DNA from: an uncultured bacterium
Lineage (GTDB): Bacteria > Patescibacteriota > Dojkabacteria > SC72
Direction: 5' to 3'
Assembly (NCBI GenBank): GCA_938015795.1
Contig: CALLXA010000080.1
Location: 1 to 29,008 of the forward strand
Length of the DNA stretch: 29,008 nt
In this document: positions 15,240-25,266 of the stretch, piece by piece
How the letters are laid out: each line of letters begins with the position of its first letter
Position numbering within the stretch: position 1 is the first letter of the stretch
Made by a program: the position numbers and the translations under genes
The notes under the pieces: generated by a model
Databases searched by the model: none
Seen by the model: the letters and a program-made list of their open reading frames with translations, nothing else
Told to the model about the DNA's origin: nothing

Positions 15240-16389
15240 GATAATATGCCACGAGGGAGGTTCTAGAAGTTCAAAGACTTGGTCAATCTTCCAGTTCTTT
15301 TTTCTAAAGGCTATACAGGGTGAAAATATAACCATCACTATTGTTAGGGATAAACTCTCTTGGATAAAATCTACACTTCTAAAAGACTTCCAAGAAATGA
15401 CCGAGCTATATCATCTTCCAGTAACACCAGAAATAAATCTCAATCGTGCAGACCAAGTGTATTACATTAACGGAAGTGAGTTCTCTTTCTACGGACTAGA
15501 TTATTCAGAGAAACTCCACGGAAGAAGCCAAGATTGGTTCTGGATAAACGAAACAATGGAGGTAGCCAAGAAGCATTTTGACCAGTTAGAAATGAGAACA
15601 CGAATAGGAGGGATATTAGACTACAACCCATCAGATGATATGCATTGGGTATTTGATTTACAGAAAAGACCAGATGTAGGAGTTATCAAGTCCACAATGT
15701 TAGACAACCCTTTCTTGCCACAATCCATCAGGGATAAGATATTGAGTTACGAACCTACAGAGGAGAACATTAAAAACGGGACTGCTGATAATTATATGTG
15801 GGAAGTTTATGGAAAGGGACAGAAAGCTAGACTGCAGGGAGCAATCTATACCAACTGGGATACTGTAGATTCAGTCCCAGAAGAAGCCAAGTTCATAGGT
15901 TTTGGACAAGACTTCGGATATACCAATGACCCTACAACTTTAATAGCTATGTATATGATGGACAATGAAATCTATGCAGACCAATGGTTATACAGAACCA
16001 ATATGACCAATCAGGACATAGTTACAGAATACAAAGCACTAGGAGTTAAGCCACTAGACATTATATTCGCAGACAGTTCAGAGCCAAAGAGTATAGAAGA
16101 AATCAGAAGAAGTGGTTTCAATATCCGACCAGTTACAAAAGGAGCAGATAGTGTTATGTATGGAATAGACTTGCTCAAGCAATACAAGATGCATATTACT
16201 AAAAGAAGTGCCGAACTAGAAGCAGAATTAAGAAAGTATAAGTATATGGAGGACAAGACAGGTAGAGTTCTCAATAAACCAGTTGATAGTTTCAATCACG
16301 GACTTGATGCTCTCCGTTACATAGCTACTATGACATTGGGAAACAAGATTAAGTTTCAGAGTTTTAGTCGTGGTGAAATTGGTATTTAA
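15175..16389 (+). CDS. terL: Terminase large subunit, PBSX-like
   Basis: HEGGSRSSKT (Walker A), WFWINE (Walker B), GQDFGYTNDPT, ADSSEPKSIEE, DSFNHGLDALRY nuclease motifs. Confidence 0.95.
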   Translation: MKLVMEATEILEKTTLLEKKYKIICHEGGSRSSKTWSIFQFFFLKAIQGENITITIVRDKLSWIKSTLLKDFQEMTELYHLPVTPEINLNRADQVYYINGSEFSFYGLDYSEKLHGRSQDWFWINETMEVAKKHFDQLEMRTRIGGILDYNPSDDMHWVFDLQKRPDVGVIKSTMLDNPFLPQSIRDKILSYEPTEENIKNGTADNYMWEVYGKGQKARLQGAIYTNWDTVDSVPEEAKFIGFGQDFGYTNDPTTLIAMYMMDNEIYADQWLYRTNMTNQDIVTEYKALGVKPLDIIFADSSEPKSIEEIRRSGFNIRPVTKGADSVMYGIDLLKQYKMHITKRSAELEAELRKYKYMEDKTGRVLNKPVDSFNHGLDALRYIATMTLGNKIKFQSFSRGEIGI

Positions 16390-16437
16390 CTCCGATTGTG
16401 ATACGATATATTGTATAACTTAAAAACATTAAAACAA

Positions 16438-17745
16438 ATGTTTACAATTTCAAAGGATAGGAAACTAACAGCGACACTCATTAAAAGTGCCATTGAGTAT
16501 AACGAGATGGAAAGGGAGAAGTATAATAAACTAGAAAGATATTACAGAGGAGAACACGAAATCCTAGACAGGGTTAAACCTCTAACAGCAAAGAACACAA
16601 GAATTGTTGTGAATCACCCGAACTATATTGTAGATATTTCGGTTGGTTATCTACTAGGAAACCCAGTAGAGTATCAGGTATCAGACCAATACAATATAGA
16701 CGAGATTAAGAATCAATATAAGAAACAAACCATAGCCGACCTAGACAATGAAATAGCAAAAGATACTGCAACCTTTGGAACACAATACGAATTGGTTTAC
16801 AATTCAGAGAACGAGGTAAGAAGTAAAGATATAGATGTTCGTAATGCCATATGTGTTTATGATGATACAGTAGAACACAACAAGATGTTCGGCATTATAT
16901 ACAGTCTAGGAAAGAAGAAAGGAGAGTATTTAGATATTACAGTTTACGATAACAATTCCAAGTATCAATGTGCTAGTTCTGATAAACAGATTGTTATAGG
17001 AAAACCAGAGCCACACAAGTTTGGTAAAGTTCCATTGATTGAATACAGAAACAACAGCGAACACATAGGAGATTTTGAGCAGGTTATTAGTTTAATAGAT
17101 GCATACAATATACTTCAATCAGACCGAGTCAATGACAAGGAACAGTTAGTAGAGGCAATCCTCGTTGGTTACGGAGTAACACTAGAGAAAGAGCAGATGG
17201 CAGACTTGAGAAATAATAGAACTGCCTTTGGACTTCCAATAGATTCAAAGATGGAATACTTAATCAAAATGATGGACGAGGGGCAGGTAGATATATTAAG
17301 AAAAACCCTAGAGAACGATATACACAAAATATCTAAAGTTCCAAATATGAGTGATGAGAACTTCGCAGGAGATTCATCAGGGGTAGCCATAAGATACAAG
17401 CTACTAGCATTTGAACAGCATATAAGTAGCAAGTCCAGATTTTTTGAAAAGGGATTAAAAGAAAGGTTTGAGCTGTATAATAACTATCTAGTAAGTATTA
17501 ACAAGATGAGTATAGTTCCTACATACGAATTGGATATACGATTCAAGAAAAATCTACCACAGAACGAATTAGAAATCAGTCAAGTAATTAACAACCTTTC
17601 AGGATTTGTAGATGATGAAACCCTAGTAGGACTGCTTCCATTTGTAACTGATGCTAAAAAGACAGTAGAAGTCAATGCTCAAGAAGAACAAGAAAAATAC
17701 AAAGCAGAAGCACAAGCATTTGGAACTCCAAACCCTACGGAATAA
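16438..17745 (+). CDS. Portal protein, SPP1 gp6-like
   Basis: LERYYRGEH, NHPNYIVD...GYLLGNP, GDFEQVISLIDAYN, ENFAGDSSGVAIRYKL. ATG 16438 (TAACTT at -22) preferred over TTG 16411. Confidence 0.95.
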   Translation: MFTISKDRKLTATLIKSAIEYNEMEREKYNKLERYYRGEHEILDRVKPLTAKNTRIVVNHPNYIVDISVGYLLGNPVEYQVSDQYNIDEIKNQYKKQTIADLDNEIAKDTATFGTQYELVYNSENEVRSKDIDVRNAICVYDDTVEHNKMFGIIYSLGKKKGEYLDITVYDNNSKYQCASSDKQIVIGKPEPHKFGKVPLIEYRNNSEHIGDFEQVISLIDAYNILQSDRVNDKEQLVEAILVGYGVTLEKEQMADLRNNRTAFGLPIDSKMEYLIKMMDEGQVDILRKTLENDIHKISKVPNMSDENFAGDSSGVAIRYKLLAFEQHISSKSRFFEKGLKERFELYNNYLVSINKMSIVPTYELDIRFKKNLPQNELEISQVINNLSGFVDDETLVGLLPFVTDAKKTVEVNAQEEQEKYKAEAQAFGTPNPTE

Positions 17746-17763
17746 GTTTAACAGAGTAGTGGT

Positions 17764-18819
17764 ATGAATAGAGCAAAGAAAGACACACTCCTGCGATTAA
17801 ACAAAGAATACTGGGAGAACAGAACTCTGTTACGAGAGGTGGAATCAGAAGTCAAAGGGCTAAAAATAAGTGGCGAAGTTCTAAAGGTTTACGACCAAGC
17901 ACTAGAGAATATCCGTAAAGAAATAAACAATATCTACAGTAAATATTCCGACAAAACAGGACTAGATGTAGCAGAGATAACAAGGATATTGGACGGAGTG
18001 GACAGAAACAAGTTTGTAGAGAGTATAGCAGTCAATATGAAAAGACGAGGATTGAAGTTTGAAGATTATTTTGACAAGGGTTATATCAAGAGATTAACAC
18101 GATTAGAGGCTCTAAAACAGCAGATATATTGGGAGATACAAGGTATAGCACCAGAGATAACAGAAATAGAAAGAAAAGGTTTTGAGAAAATGATTAGGGA
18201 TAGTTACAGAACAGCCAAAACAGATTTAAGAAATCAAACAGGAGGTTCTACGAGCTTCAACGACCTAGATACAAAAGTAGTAGAAAAGATTATGAATAGT
18301 CGTTGGGTTAATGGTAATTATTCTTCCAGAACATTTGCTAACATAGACAATTTTGCTTTACAAGCAAGAGATATAATTGGTGGAGGATTATCCACGGGTA
18401 TATCACTAGAGAAGATGTCAAGACAGGTTAGAGATGCCTTTGGTGTCGCCAAGTATGAAGCTACAAGATTGGTTAGAACCGAAACAGGATACTTTCACAA
18501 CCAAGTAGAACTACAAAGCTACAAAGACGAGGGTGTTGAGTATTACAGATTGCTTGTTGTGTTAGATGGTAGGACTTCAGATATATGTTTAGACCTGGCC
18601 GAAGACGATAGAATATACAAAACAAGCGAGATTGAAGTTGGAGAAAATTATCCTCCCTTTCACCCGAATTGTAGGACAGTTCCAGAAGTGGTTTTCCCTA
18701 ACGAATTGATAGGAAAGGAAGTTTTAGACCTACAAGAGAATACAGATGATTCAATGTTCTCCGAGATATATGAAACAAGCATACAAGGTTTAGAGAGTCA
18801 AGGTTGGAAAAGAAGATAA
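17764..18819 (+). CDS. Minor head morphogenesis protein, SPP1 gp7 / Mu F-like
   Basis: ATRLVRTET...LDGRTSDIC...NYPPFHPNCRT. Confidence 0.9.
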   Translation: MNRAKKDTLLRLNKEYWENRTLLREVESEVKGLKISGEVLKVYDQALENIRKEINNIYSKYSDKTGLDVAEITRILDGVDRNKFVESIAVNMKRRGLKFEDYFDKGYIKRLTRLEALKQQIYWEIQGIAPEITEIERKGFEKMIRDSYRTAKTDLRNQTGGSTSFNDLDTKVVEKIMNSRWVNGNYSSRTFANIDNFALQARDIIGGGLSTGISLEKMSRQVRDAFGVAKYEATRLVRTETGYFHNQVELQSYKDEGVEYYRLLVVLDGRTSDICLDLAEDDRIYKTSEIEVGENYPPFHPNCRTVPEVVFPNELIGKEVLDLQENTDDSMFSEIYETSIQGLESQGWKRR

Positions 18820-18901
18820 TTGACTTGGAGATTAAGATGTGAAATGATATATATATAACAACCTGCAGAGGGTTATACTGTTAAGTTTATCTAATGTCAT
18901 T

Positions 18902-19411
18902 ATGACAGAAGAAATAAAAAAGACACCAGAGGCAGAAACTCCAGAAGCCCCAGAAAAGGTGGAAGTCAAGGAGGAGAAACTTTTAACACAAGACCAGTTT
19001 AACAAGGCACTTCAAGAACGATTAGCAAAAGAAAAAGCAAAGTTCACAGAAGAAGTGAAAACTGTTAAAGAAGAAGCAGAGAGGTTAGCAAAACTTACTG
19101 CCGAAGAAAAAGAAAAAGAAGTAGCAAGAAAAAATGAGGAGGAGTTAAAAACAAAATACAAGGAAGTAGCAATAAGGGAGAATAGACTAGATGCTATTGA
19201 ATTATTTGCAGAATCCAAAGTCCCGACAGAGTTAGTTACTTATGTAATTGACGAAGACAAGGACAAGACATTAGAAAATGCCGAAGTATTTGTTAAGACT
19301 TTTAATGAGTCTGTTGCTAAATCAGTAGCAGAGCAATTAAAGGGGACTCCACCTAAAGATGTCTCTACTTCAACCGATACTGGTGTGAAGAAAGTTATTA
19401 AATCGTTTTAG
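18902..19411 (+). CDS. Capsid scaffolding protein (DUF4355-like)
   Basis: Charged helical protein, TQDQFNKALQERLAKEK, KLTAEEKE, GTPP near the C-terminus; directly before the MCP. Confidence 0.85.
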   Translation: MTEEIKKTPEAETPEAPEKVEVKEEKLLTQDQFNKALQERLAKEKAKFTEEVKTVKEEAERLAKLTAEEKEKEVARKNEEELKTKYKEVAIRENRLDAIELFAESKVPTELVTYVIDEDKDKTLENAEVFVKTFNESVAKSVAEQLKGTPPKDVSTSTDTGVKKVIKSF

Positions 19412-19436
19412 AAAATAACTTTAGTGAGAAATTAAG

Positions 19437-20273
19437 ATGGCAAAACAAGATGCATTAAGTATCTTTTTATCCGACGGAAGCACAGAGGAGAAGTTAATGG
19501 AGTCATACGCAGAAGTAGTTGATATGATTCAGAAGACAGCAGTCTCCTCTCAAATCAAGAATGTAAATCTTTCTGGCGACCCAGAGAGCGGTTCTGTTGA
19601 GGTAAGAAGATTGATGACTTCTGCAAGTCAAGCATATGGAACAGCAAGAAGTGCAGGTGGGGACAAAATCTCCAATAACGGTGTTACAATTAACCTTGAC
19701 CAAGACAAAGAAATCGTAGAAGAAGTAGAGTGGAAAGATGTCCAGTTATTTGGAATATCAGATATTCTAGCAAAGAGAATGACCAATCACGAGATGGCAA
19801 TGGTCAGAGAACTAGACACAGCTTTCTTCGCAGAAGCGGAGTCTGCAGGTTCAGAAGAAACAATTACAAGCTCAACCATAGAAGACCAGATTGAGGAGTT
19901 GATACAATCAGTAGAAACAACTTCAAATAATAATGTTGATGGTGTAGATAGAGATATGCTTGTATTAGTAGTTAAACCTGCTATTTACGGACAATTAAGG
20001 AACTATATAGATTCACTTCCAAATCCTTTAGGTGGTGGAGTTGATGCAAAGAAGTTCCACGATGTTAGAATATTCTCTAACACAAGACAGACCAAAGATG
20101 CTATTTGTATGGCAGTTGGTTCAATAGCACAACCTGTTGTTGCTCAACCATACGAAGTAAGCAGAATCCCATTATCCAATGCAGTAGCAATAGAACTTTA
20201 CTACTCATACGGAACACAGGCAGTAATGTCTGATTTGATTAAGTGGGCTACTTTAAGTGCGGTAAGTGCTTAA
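19437..20273 (+). CDS. Major capsid protein
   Basis: 278 aa after the scaffold; TINLDQDKE, LVLVVKPAIYGQL, ELYYSYGTQAV resemble the HK97 fold; ends SAVSA. Confidence 0.85.
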   Translation: MAKQDALSIFLSDGSTEEKLMESYAEVVDMIQKTAVSSQIKNVNLSGDPESGSVEVRRLMTSASQAYGTARSAGGDKISNNGVTINLDQDKEIVEEVEWKDVQLFGISDILAKRMTNHEMAMVRELDTAFFAEAESAGSEETITSSTIEDQIEELIQSVETTSNNNVDGVDRDMLVLVVKPAIYGQLRNYIDSLPNPLGGGVDAKKFHDVRIFSNTRQTKDAICMAVGSIAQPVVAQPYEVSRIPLSNAVAIELYYSYGTQAVMSDLIKWATLSAVSA

Positions 20274-20307
20274 TAGTTAGTTTGGTTAAGTTTAGATAGG
20301 AGAGGGT

Positions 20308-20772
20308 ATGGAAGATATAATTGAGAGGATAAAAGCATATGTGCTAGTTATCAATCCAAGTCTAACAGATGATGAGTTATTGAACTTTGTAATCGCAGAG
20401 GTAGTAGATAGAGCATTGGCATACACAAACCGAAAACAGTTAGTCGCAGGATATGAGAGATTTTTAGAGGGCGATTACTATGTAGGTGAATACTATGTAG
20501 ATGTAACAGGAACATATCAGCCAATATTACCAATACCACTAGAAATAGAACGGGCATTGGCAAGGGTTATTGTTTTGAGTTACAAGACTGTAAAGGACAA
20601 TGTAGCTAGTGATACTCCTGCTATCAAATCATTACAGGACAATGGTCAATCTGTAAGCTATGGTGATAATGTAGCCAGTTATTTAGCTTCAAAAGAAGAT
20701 TCGGATATATTCTCCTCTGTGAAAGGATTGCTAGATAAGTTTAGAATCCCTACGATAGTTGAAAATACCTAG
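20308..20772 (+). CDS. Head-tail adaptor (gp6/gp15-like)
   Basis: Position after MCP; IKSLQDNGQSVSY...LLDKFR pattern. Confidence 0.75.
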   Translation: MEDIIERIKAYVLVINPSLTDDELLNFVIAEVVDRALAYTNRKQLVAGYERFLEGDYYVGEYYVDVTGTYQPILPIPLEIERALARVIVLSYKTVKDNVASDTPAIKSLQDNGQSVSYGDNVASYLASKEDSDIFSSVKGLLDKFRIPTIVENT

Positions 20773-21121
20773 TAGTTTCAAAACCAAAATAGAAGAAACT
20801 TTTTACGACAAGCTCTTTAATATTTACAATAAAGAACAAACTGTTGATGATGAGGGGTGGGCTAAAGACAAATCAACCACGAAGAAGTCTTCCGTCTATG
20901 GCAATGTAAGGTTTAATAACCTAGCAGAGCTACAAGAAGAATACGGAATCGAGGAAGAAATAGACATAGCCATTACAACTAGCAGTTCGGTTGAATTAGG
21001 AGATATACTGGAATACGAGGGAAATGAATACCGAGTAATCGGCTCTATTCCCTACGATTCCCATAATTTAATATTCGCAAAGAAATGGTTATCACAGTCC
21101 TCAACCTTGACAAGTGTATAA
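20759..21121 (+). CDS. Head closure/stopper protein (gp16-like)
   Basis: Beta-rich 120 aa; ELGDILEYEGNEYRVI; neck synteny. Confidence 0.7.
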   Translation: MKIPSSFKTKIEETFYDKLFNIYNKEQTVDDEGWAKDKSTTKKSSVYGNVRFNNLAELQEEYGIEEEIDIAITTSSSVELGDILEYEGNEYRVIGSIPYDSHNLIFAKKWLSQSSTLTSV

Positions 21122-21516
21122 GGGATTTTGGGAAGCTAGAGAACCTAGATTTATACCCAATAATTAAACCTGCTACACAACTGGTTCAGAGGACAGCCAG
21201 AAGACTTGCTCCTGTTGATACTACGAATCTACGAAAGAGTATTCATATGGAAGCCAAGAAGAAAGGTAAGGATAGCTATGGAAGAATATTTACAAATGTA
21301 GAGTATGCTCCATACCAAGAGTTTGGTTATTCCCGAAAGGTAAAAGCAGGCGACAGGATAATGGTGTATGGAAGATGGGTAACAGCAAAAAAGGGATTCT
21401 CTATTGTGTATAGAGGTAAACCGTATATGCGACCTGCCCTATCCAGACACAGAGCAGAGATACAAAGAGCAGTAAGGAGTTATGTGAAGAATTATATTAA
21501 CAATGGGGGCAAATGA
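21085..21516 (+). CDS. HK97 gp10-like tail completion protein
   Basis: ARRLAPVDTTNLRKSI, NVEYAPYQEFG, KPYMRPAL. Confidence 0.85.
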   Translation: MVITVLNLDKCIRDFGKLENLDLYPIIKPATQLVQRTARRLAPVDTTNLRKSIHMEAKKKGKDSYGRIFTNVEYAPYQEFGYSRKVKAGDRIMVYGRWVTAKKGFSIVYRGKPYMRPALSRHRAEIQRAVRSYVKNYINNGGK

Positions 21517-21845
21517 TAGAACCTAAAAAGAGTGTATATACAATTTTAAGTGCTTTAGATGGAGTTAATGTCTATCAAGCAAGACCAGAGCAAGTAATTG
21601 AATATCCTTGTATAACTTTCTTTGTTAGTAACAATTCACCAACCTATGTTTTGGAAAAAGAAATAGGGTATCAAGAAATGGAAGTAACGATAGATATTTA
21701 CGCGAAGACGAGTAGTGAGAGTGGAGAGTTGTTATCCACTCTGGAACAGGCAATGATTAGTAATGGTTATCGTTTAACCTACTGTTCAGATGTTCCAAAT
21801 GATGATGCAAGTCATCTAACAACTGTATTTAATATAATAGGATAA
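21513..21845 (+). CDS. Tail terminator (gp17-like)
   Basis: EYPCITF, EVTIDIYAK, LEQAMISNGY; precedes the tail tube gene. Confidence 0.75.
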   Translation: MIEPKKSVYTILSALDGVNVYQARPEQVIEYPCITFFVSNNSPTYVLEKEIGYQEMEVTIDIYAKTSSESGELLSTLEQAMISNGYRLTYCSDVPNDDASHLTTVFNIIG

Positions 21846-21850
21846 AAACT

Positions 21851-22282
21851 ATGAGTGCTACAAAGAGTTTAGGCACAACTCTAACAAAGACCAAGAGTGG
21901 AAGTGAGCAGACAGATTTGGTTATTGCTGACTTAACCTCTATCGGAGAAGTTGGTGTTGAGTCTGATGAAATTGATGTAACTACTTTAGATACCACAGGT
22001 GGCTATAAAGAGTTCATTGGTGGATTCAAAGATGCGGGAGAAATGTCCCTAGCAGGAATCATTAAAACTGAAACTGCTATGGAGGCAATGATTGCTCTAG
22101 CAGAATCACAAGAAGTAGAGGAGTGGACTGTAGAAAGTTCAAATGGTTCTACTTGGGTATTTGACGGGTTCGTCAAGTCTTTCAAGGAATCAGAAGCTAC
22201 TGTTGATGGAGTAAGAGGGTTTACTGGAAGTATCAGAATATCTGGTGCTCCTGTATATACTGGTGCGGAAGCAAGTGCATAA
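21851..22282 (+). CDS. Major tail (tube) protein
   Basis: EIDVTTLD...KEFIGGFKDAGEMSL...WVFDGFV...FTGSIRISGAP; ends AEASA. Confidence 0.9.
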   Translation: MSATKSLGTTLTKTKSGSEQTDLVIADLTSIGEVGVESDEIDVTTLDTTGGYKEFIGGFKDAGEMSLAGIIKTETAMEAMIALAESQEVEEWTVESSNGSTWVFDGFVKSFKESEATVDGVRGFTGSIRISGAPVYTGAEASA

Positions 22283-22288
22283 GAATCA

Positions 22289-22325
22289 GGGTGGTATAAC
22301 ACCCACCCAAAGTTCTTTTATTTTT
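22289..22325 (+). terminator. Possible terminator/attenuator after the tail tube gene
   Basis: GGGTGG (22289-94) / CCACCC (22303-08) followed, after a few nt, by a T-rich tract. Confidence 0.4.
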
Positions 22326-22344
22326 AGTTTAGCAATTAAAAGAA

Positions 22345-22650
22345 ATGGAGTTAAAATATACACCACGGACAATCAACGAAATTGAGGTGGAAGAAAAAGG
22401 AAGACCAGTCCAAGATGTTTTGGCAAACTATTCAATGAGGACTATTCTCTTGTTCGTTAAAAAGGGACTAGGAGTAGATGAAACCAAAGCACTGGAAGAA
22501 ATAGAGAAGTATCTAGCAGAGGGTAAGGACACTACGGAATTATATCTTTCAATAATGGAGGCATTACAGAAAGACGGTTTTTTACCACGAAAGCTCAATC
22601 TGGAGAAAGTAAGAGCAGAGATGAGCGAAGAACTGGCAAAAGGAGTGTAA
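22345..22650 (+). CDS. Tail assembly chaperone (gpG-like)
   Basis: Between tail tube and tape measure; contains a slippery site. Confidence 0.8.
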   Translation: MELKYTPRTINEIEVEEKGRPVQDVLANYSMRTILLFVKKGLGVDETKALEEIEKYLAEGKDTTELYLSIMEALQKDGFLPRKLNLEKVRAEMSEELAKGV

Positions 22651-22970
22651 GATTTGGCAAGATATGGGAAGACGGAGAAGAATTAGCTATTAAAATAGGT
22701 TTGAATCTTACTACATATTGGGAAACCACTCCAAAGAGGTTGGAAAAGTATATTAAGGTGTATATTGAGAAAGAAAAACAAAGAGCATTAGAAATGGACT
22801 GGAATAACTATAACTTGGGAAAGTATGTAGCTTTCGCTTTCAATAGTCCTAAAAAATATCCAAGTAAACCATTTCTACAGGAGGAGAAAAAATCAGGAGT
22901 AATGACAGCAAAAGAAATGGAAGAAGTAATGAGAAGAAATACATTAACATTGGGAGGTAAAATCAAATGA
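22345..22970 (+). CDS. gpGT-like fusion chaperone (about 208 aa) made by -1 frameshift
   Basis: Post-shift sequence ...FGKIWEDGEELAIKIGLNLTTYWETTPK... matches gpT-like chaperones; the track's TTG 22701 is probably not a real start. Confidence 0.8.
22578..22584 (+). promoter_or_regulatory. Programmed -1 frameshift site T TTT TTA
   Basis: In-frame GGT TTT TTA; the -1 frame is open from 22584 for 39 codons into the 22701 ORF and on to 22970. Confidence 0.85.
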
Positions 22971-25255
22971 GTAAGATAGAATCAATAGAAGTTTTAATAC
23001 AAGCAAATGCCGACCAGTTTAGGCGAGAGGTTGCCGATGTTAGAGGGCAATTAACACAACTACAAGGTTCTGCTACTGGTATAGGCAAGGGTGTAAACAG
23101 AGATTTTACAGGCTCTATTCTCAAAGCAAATATCGCTACTCAAGTTTTAATAGGGGCGGTCAAGACAGTAGGGAGAGCCATATTCAATACAGGAGCAAAA
23201 GTTGCTAGCCTTGGAAGTCAATATACAAGATTAAAGGTTGCCACGGACACGGTTGCTCGTAATATGGGTATGACCAAAACAGAAGTGGACGACTTGAGAG
23301 CAAGTTTAGAAGATGCCAATACCTATGGTTCACAAGCGGAAAATGTTATTAAGACACTAGCCTTGTCAGGACTCGTTGATATGGCTAACGGATTAAAAGC
23401 AGTTGATGCTAGAACAGGAGAAACGGTTGAGGGAGTAAAGGCTTTGGTTCTTGGTATGAAAGACCTAGGAGCTTCAGCAGGAGTTGATTCAGCCACAGCC
23501 ATAGAAAGATTAACCAAGTTCGTAAGAACAGGAAACCAGAGTTTCGCAGACGGAATAATTGAGTTAGGTAATATGAGATATGCCTACCAAAGATATGGTG
23601 ATTCAATAGGAGTAGCAGGAGAAAAACTAACAGAACAAGCAAGGGCAACCGCAAGACTTGACCTAGTAATGGCAGAGAGTCAAAAGTCCTTCGGAGCATA
23701 TGCTAACACTATGCAAACTTCAGCAAAGGCTATGGATTCCACAAAAAATGCGATAAAGAGTATGTTTGAAAGACTTGGAAGTTATCTAGAGCCAATGTTT
23801 GCGAGTATAGCAAGGGCATTATTCCTTTTCGTAGATGGTATGAGGCAATCCTTAATCGGTTCTGCCGATTCTTTTAGAAACTGGGCTAGTAAAGTAGCAA
23901 GTTACATAATCGCAGTTGTTCGTATTGTAGGAACTTTATTATCAAGACTTCCTGTAATAGGAAAGAACTTTACAGCCTTGAGGGATTTTGCTCTTAAACC
24001 AGTAGCACAAACTATGGGAGAAGTATCAGGAGCAACGGAGGGGACAGGAGATTCAATGGACAAGACAGCCAAAAGCACAAAAGCACTAAAGAAAGAATTG
24101 CTAGGTTTAGCAAGTTTTGACGAACTTAATGTTCTTGAACAATCAGAAACATCAGACGGAGGGGGAGGAGCAGGAGCAAGTAAAGGTGCTTCAATGGGTG
24201 GTGGTATGGACTTCAAAGAAATGATGAATACAGAGGAGCTGAATAACAGTATAAACGATATTAACAAAAGGGTTGATGAGATAATAAAGAATTGGACGGA
24301 CAAGTGGAACTATGCAGTTAGCATTGTTAAACCTATTTTTGAAAGTATTTGGAAATGGATAAACGAGAAAATATGGACACCTCTCAAGACTTTTTGGACC
24401 GAAACTCTTAAACCATTACTAGACTTCTGGTGGAGTATGGTTCAAAAAGAGATAGTTCCTGCCCTAGAAAGACTAGGGGCAATGTTAAGAGAAGTTTTTG
24501 GCATAGCAGGAACACAAGGAGATGTAGTAAAGGAAATATTTAAGACAATCGCACAGATAATAGGTGTAGTCCTAGTTGGTGCGGTAACAGCAGTAATATG
24601 GATTATTGCCAGAGTAATAGATGTCTTTACAGGATTTTTCGCAATAATAAAAGCGGGTATTCAATACTCAATTAGTCAATGGAACAATCTTGTAAATAAA
24701 CTAGCAGATGTAATACTATGGGGAAGAAGTCTAAAGGATAATTTCAATCAATATATAGAAAGTATCAAGGGATTCTTCAACGGATTATTGTTATACATTA
24801 AAGGAGTCTTTACGGGCAATCTTGAAAAGGCTTGGAGTGGTGTAAAACAGATGTTCAGTTCAGTATGGAGTGGTATAACAGCTATATTCAAATCAAACAT
24901 AAATACAATAATTAAACTAATCAACGGGCTGATAGGAGGATTAAACAAAATACAAATCCCGTCAATATTTGGTTCAAAACCAGTAGGGATTAACATAGCA
25001 CCGATACCATACCTAGCACAAGGTGGAATAGTAGAAAGCCCTACACTTGCTATGCTTGGAGAGGCAGGGAAAGAGGCTGTTCTGCCACTAGATAATAATA
25101 CAGCTTGGATAACAGAACTAGCAAATAAACTAGGTAGAGGAGGTGAAAATCTAAACCTTGTTGTCAAGATAGGAGAAGACACCATATTTGAAAAAGCTAT
25201 CTCATACATAAATGATAAGAGTATGAGAACAGGAGCGACTATACTTAATATTTAA
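22967..25255 (+). CDS. Tape measure protein
   Basis: 762 aa Ala/Gly/Ile-rich helical protein; LASFDELNVL; aromatic periodicity; IPYLAQGGIV...AMLGEAGKEAVLPL. Confidence 0.95.
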   Translation: MSKIESIEVLIQANADQFRREVADVRGQLTQLQGSATGIGKGVNRDFTGSILKANIATQVLIGAVKTVGRAIFNTGAKVASLGSQYTRLKVATDTVARNMGMTKTEVDDLRASLEDANTYGSQAENVIKTLALSGLVDMANGLKAVDARTGETVEGVKALVLGMKDLGASAGVDSATAIERLTKFVRTGNQSFADGIIELGNMRYAYQRYGDSIGVAGEKLTEQARATARLDLVMAESQKSFGAYANTMQTSAKAMDSTKNAIKSMFERLGSYLEPMFASIARALFLFVDGMRQSLIGSADSFRNWASKVASYIIAVVRIVGTLLSRLPVIGKNFTALRDFALKPVAQTMGEVSGATEGTGDSMDKTAKSTKALKKELLGLASFDELNVLEQSETSDGGGGAGASKGASMGGGMDFKEMMNTEELNNSINDINKRVDEIIKNWTDKWNYAVSIVKPIFESIWKWINEKIWTPLKTFWTETLKPLLDFWWSMVQKEIVPALERLGAMLREVFGIAGTQGDVVKEIFKTIAQIIGVVLVGAVTAVIWIIARVIDVFTGFFAIIKAGIQYSISQWNNLVNKLADVILWGRSLKDNFNQYIESIKGFFNGLLLYIKGVFTGNLEKAWSGVKQMFSSVWSGITAIFKSNINTIIKLINGLIGGLNKIQIPSIFGSKPVGINIAPIPYLAQGGIVESPTLAMLGEAGKEAVLPLDNNTAWITELANKLGRGGENLNLVVKIGEDTIFEKAISYINDKSMRTGATILNI

Positions 25256-25266
25256 CCTAAAAGGAA

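Noticed and set aside
16379-16407. Possible late promoter TTGGTA-17-TACGAT before the portal gene
   Set aside because: Weak match in AT-rich DNA and not repeated elsewhere; insufficient support.
18820-18882. TTGACT -35 box and small hairpin before the scaffold gene
   Set aside because: No good -10 at 16-18 nt spacing, and the stem is only 4-5 bp.
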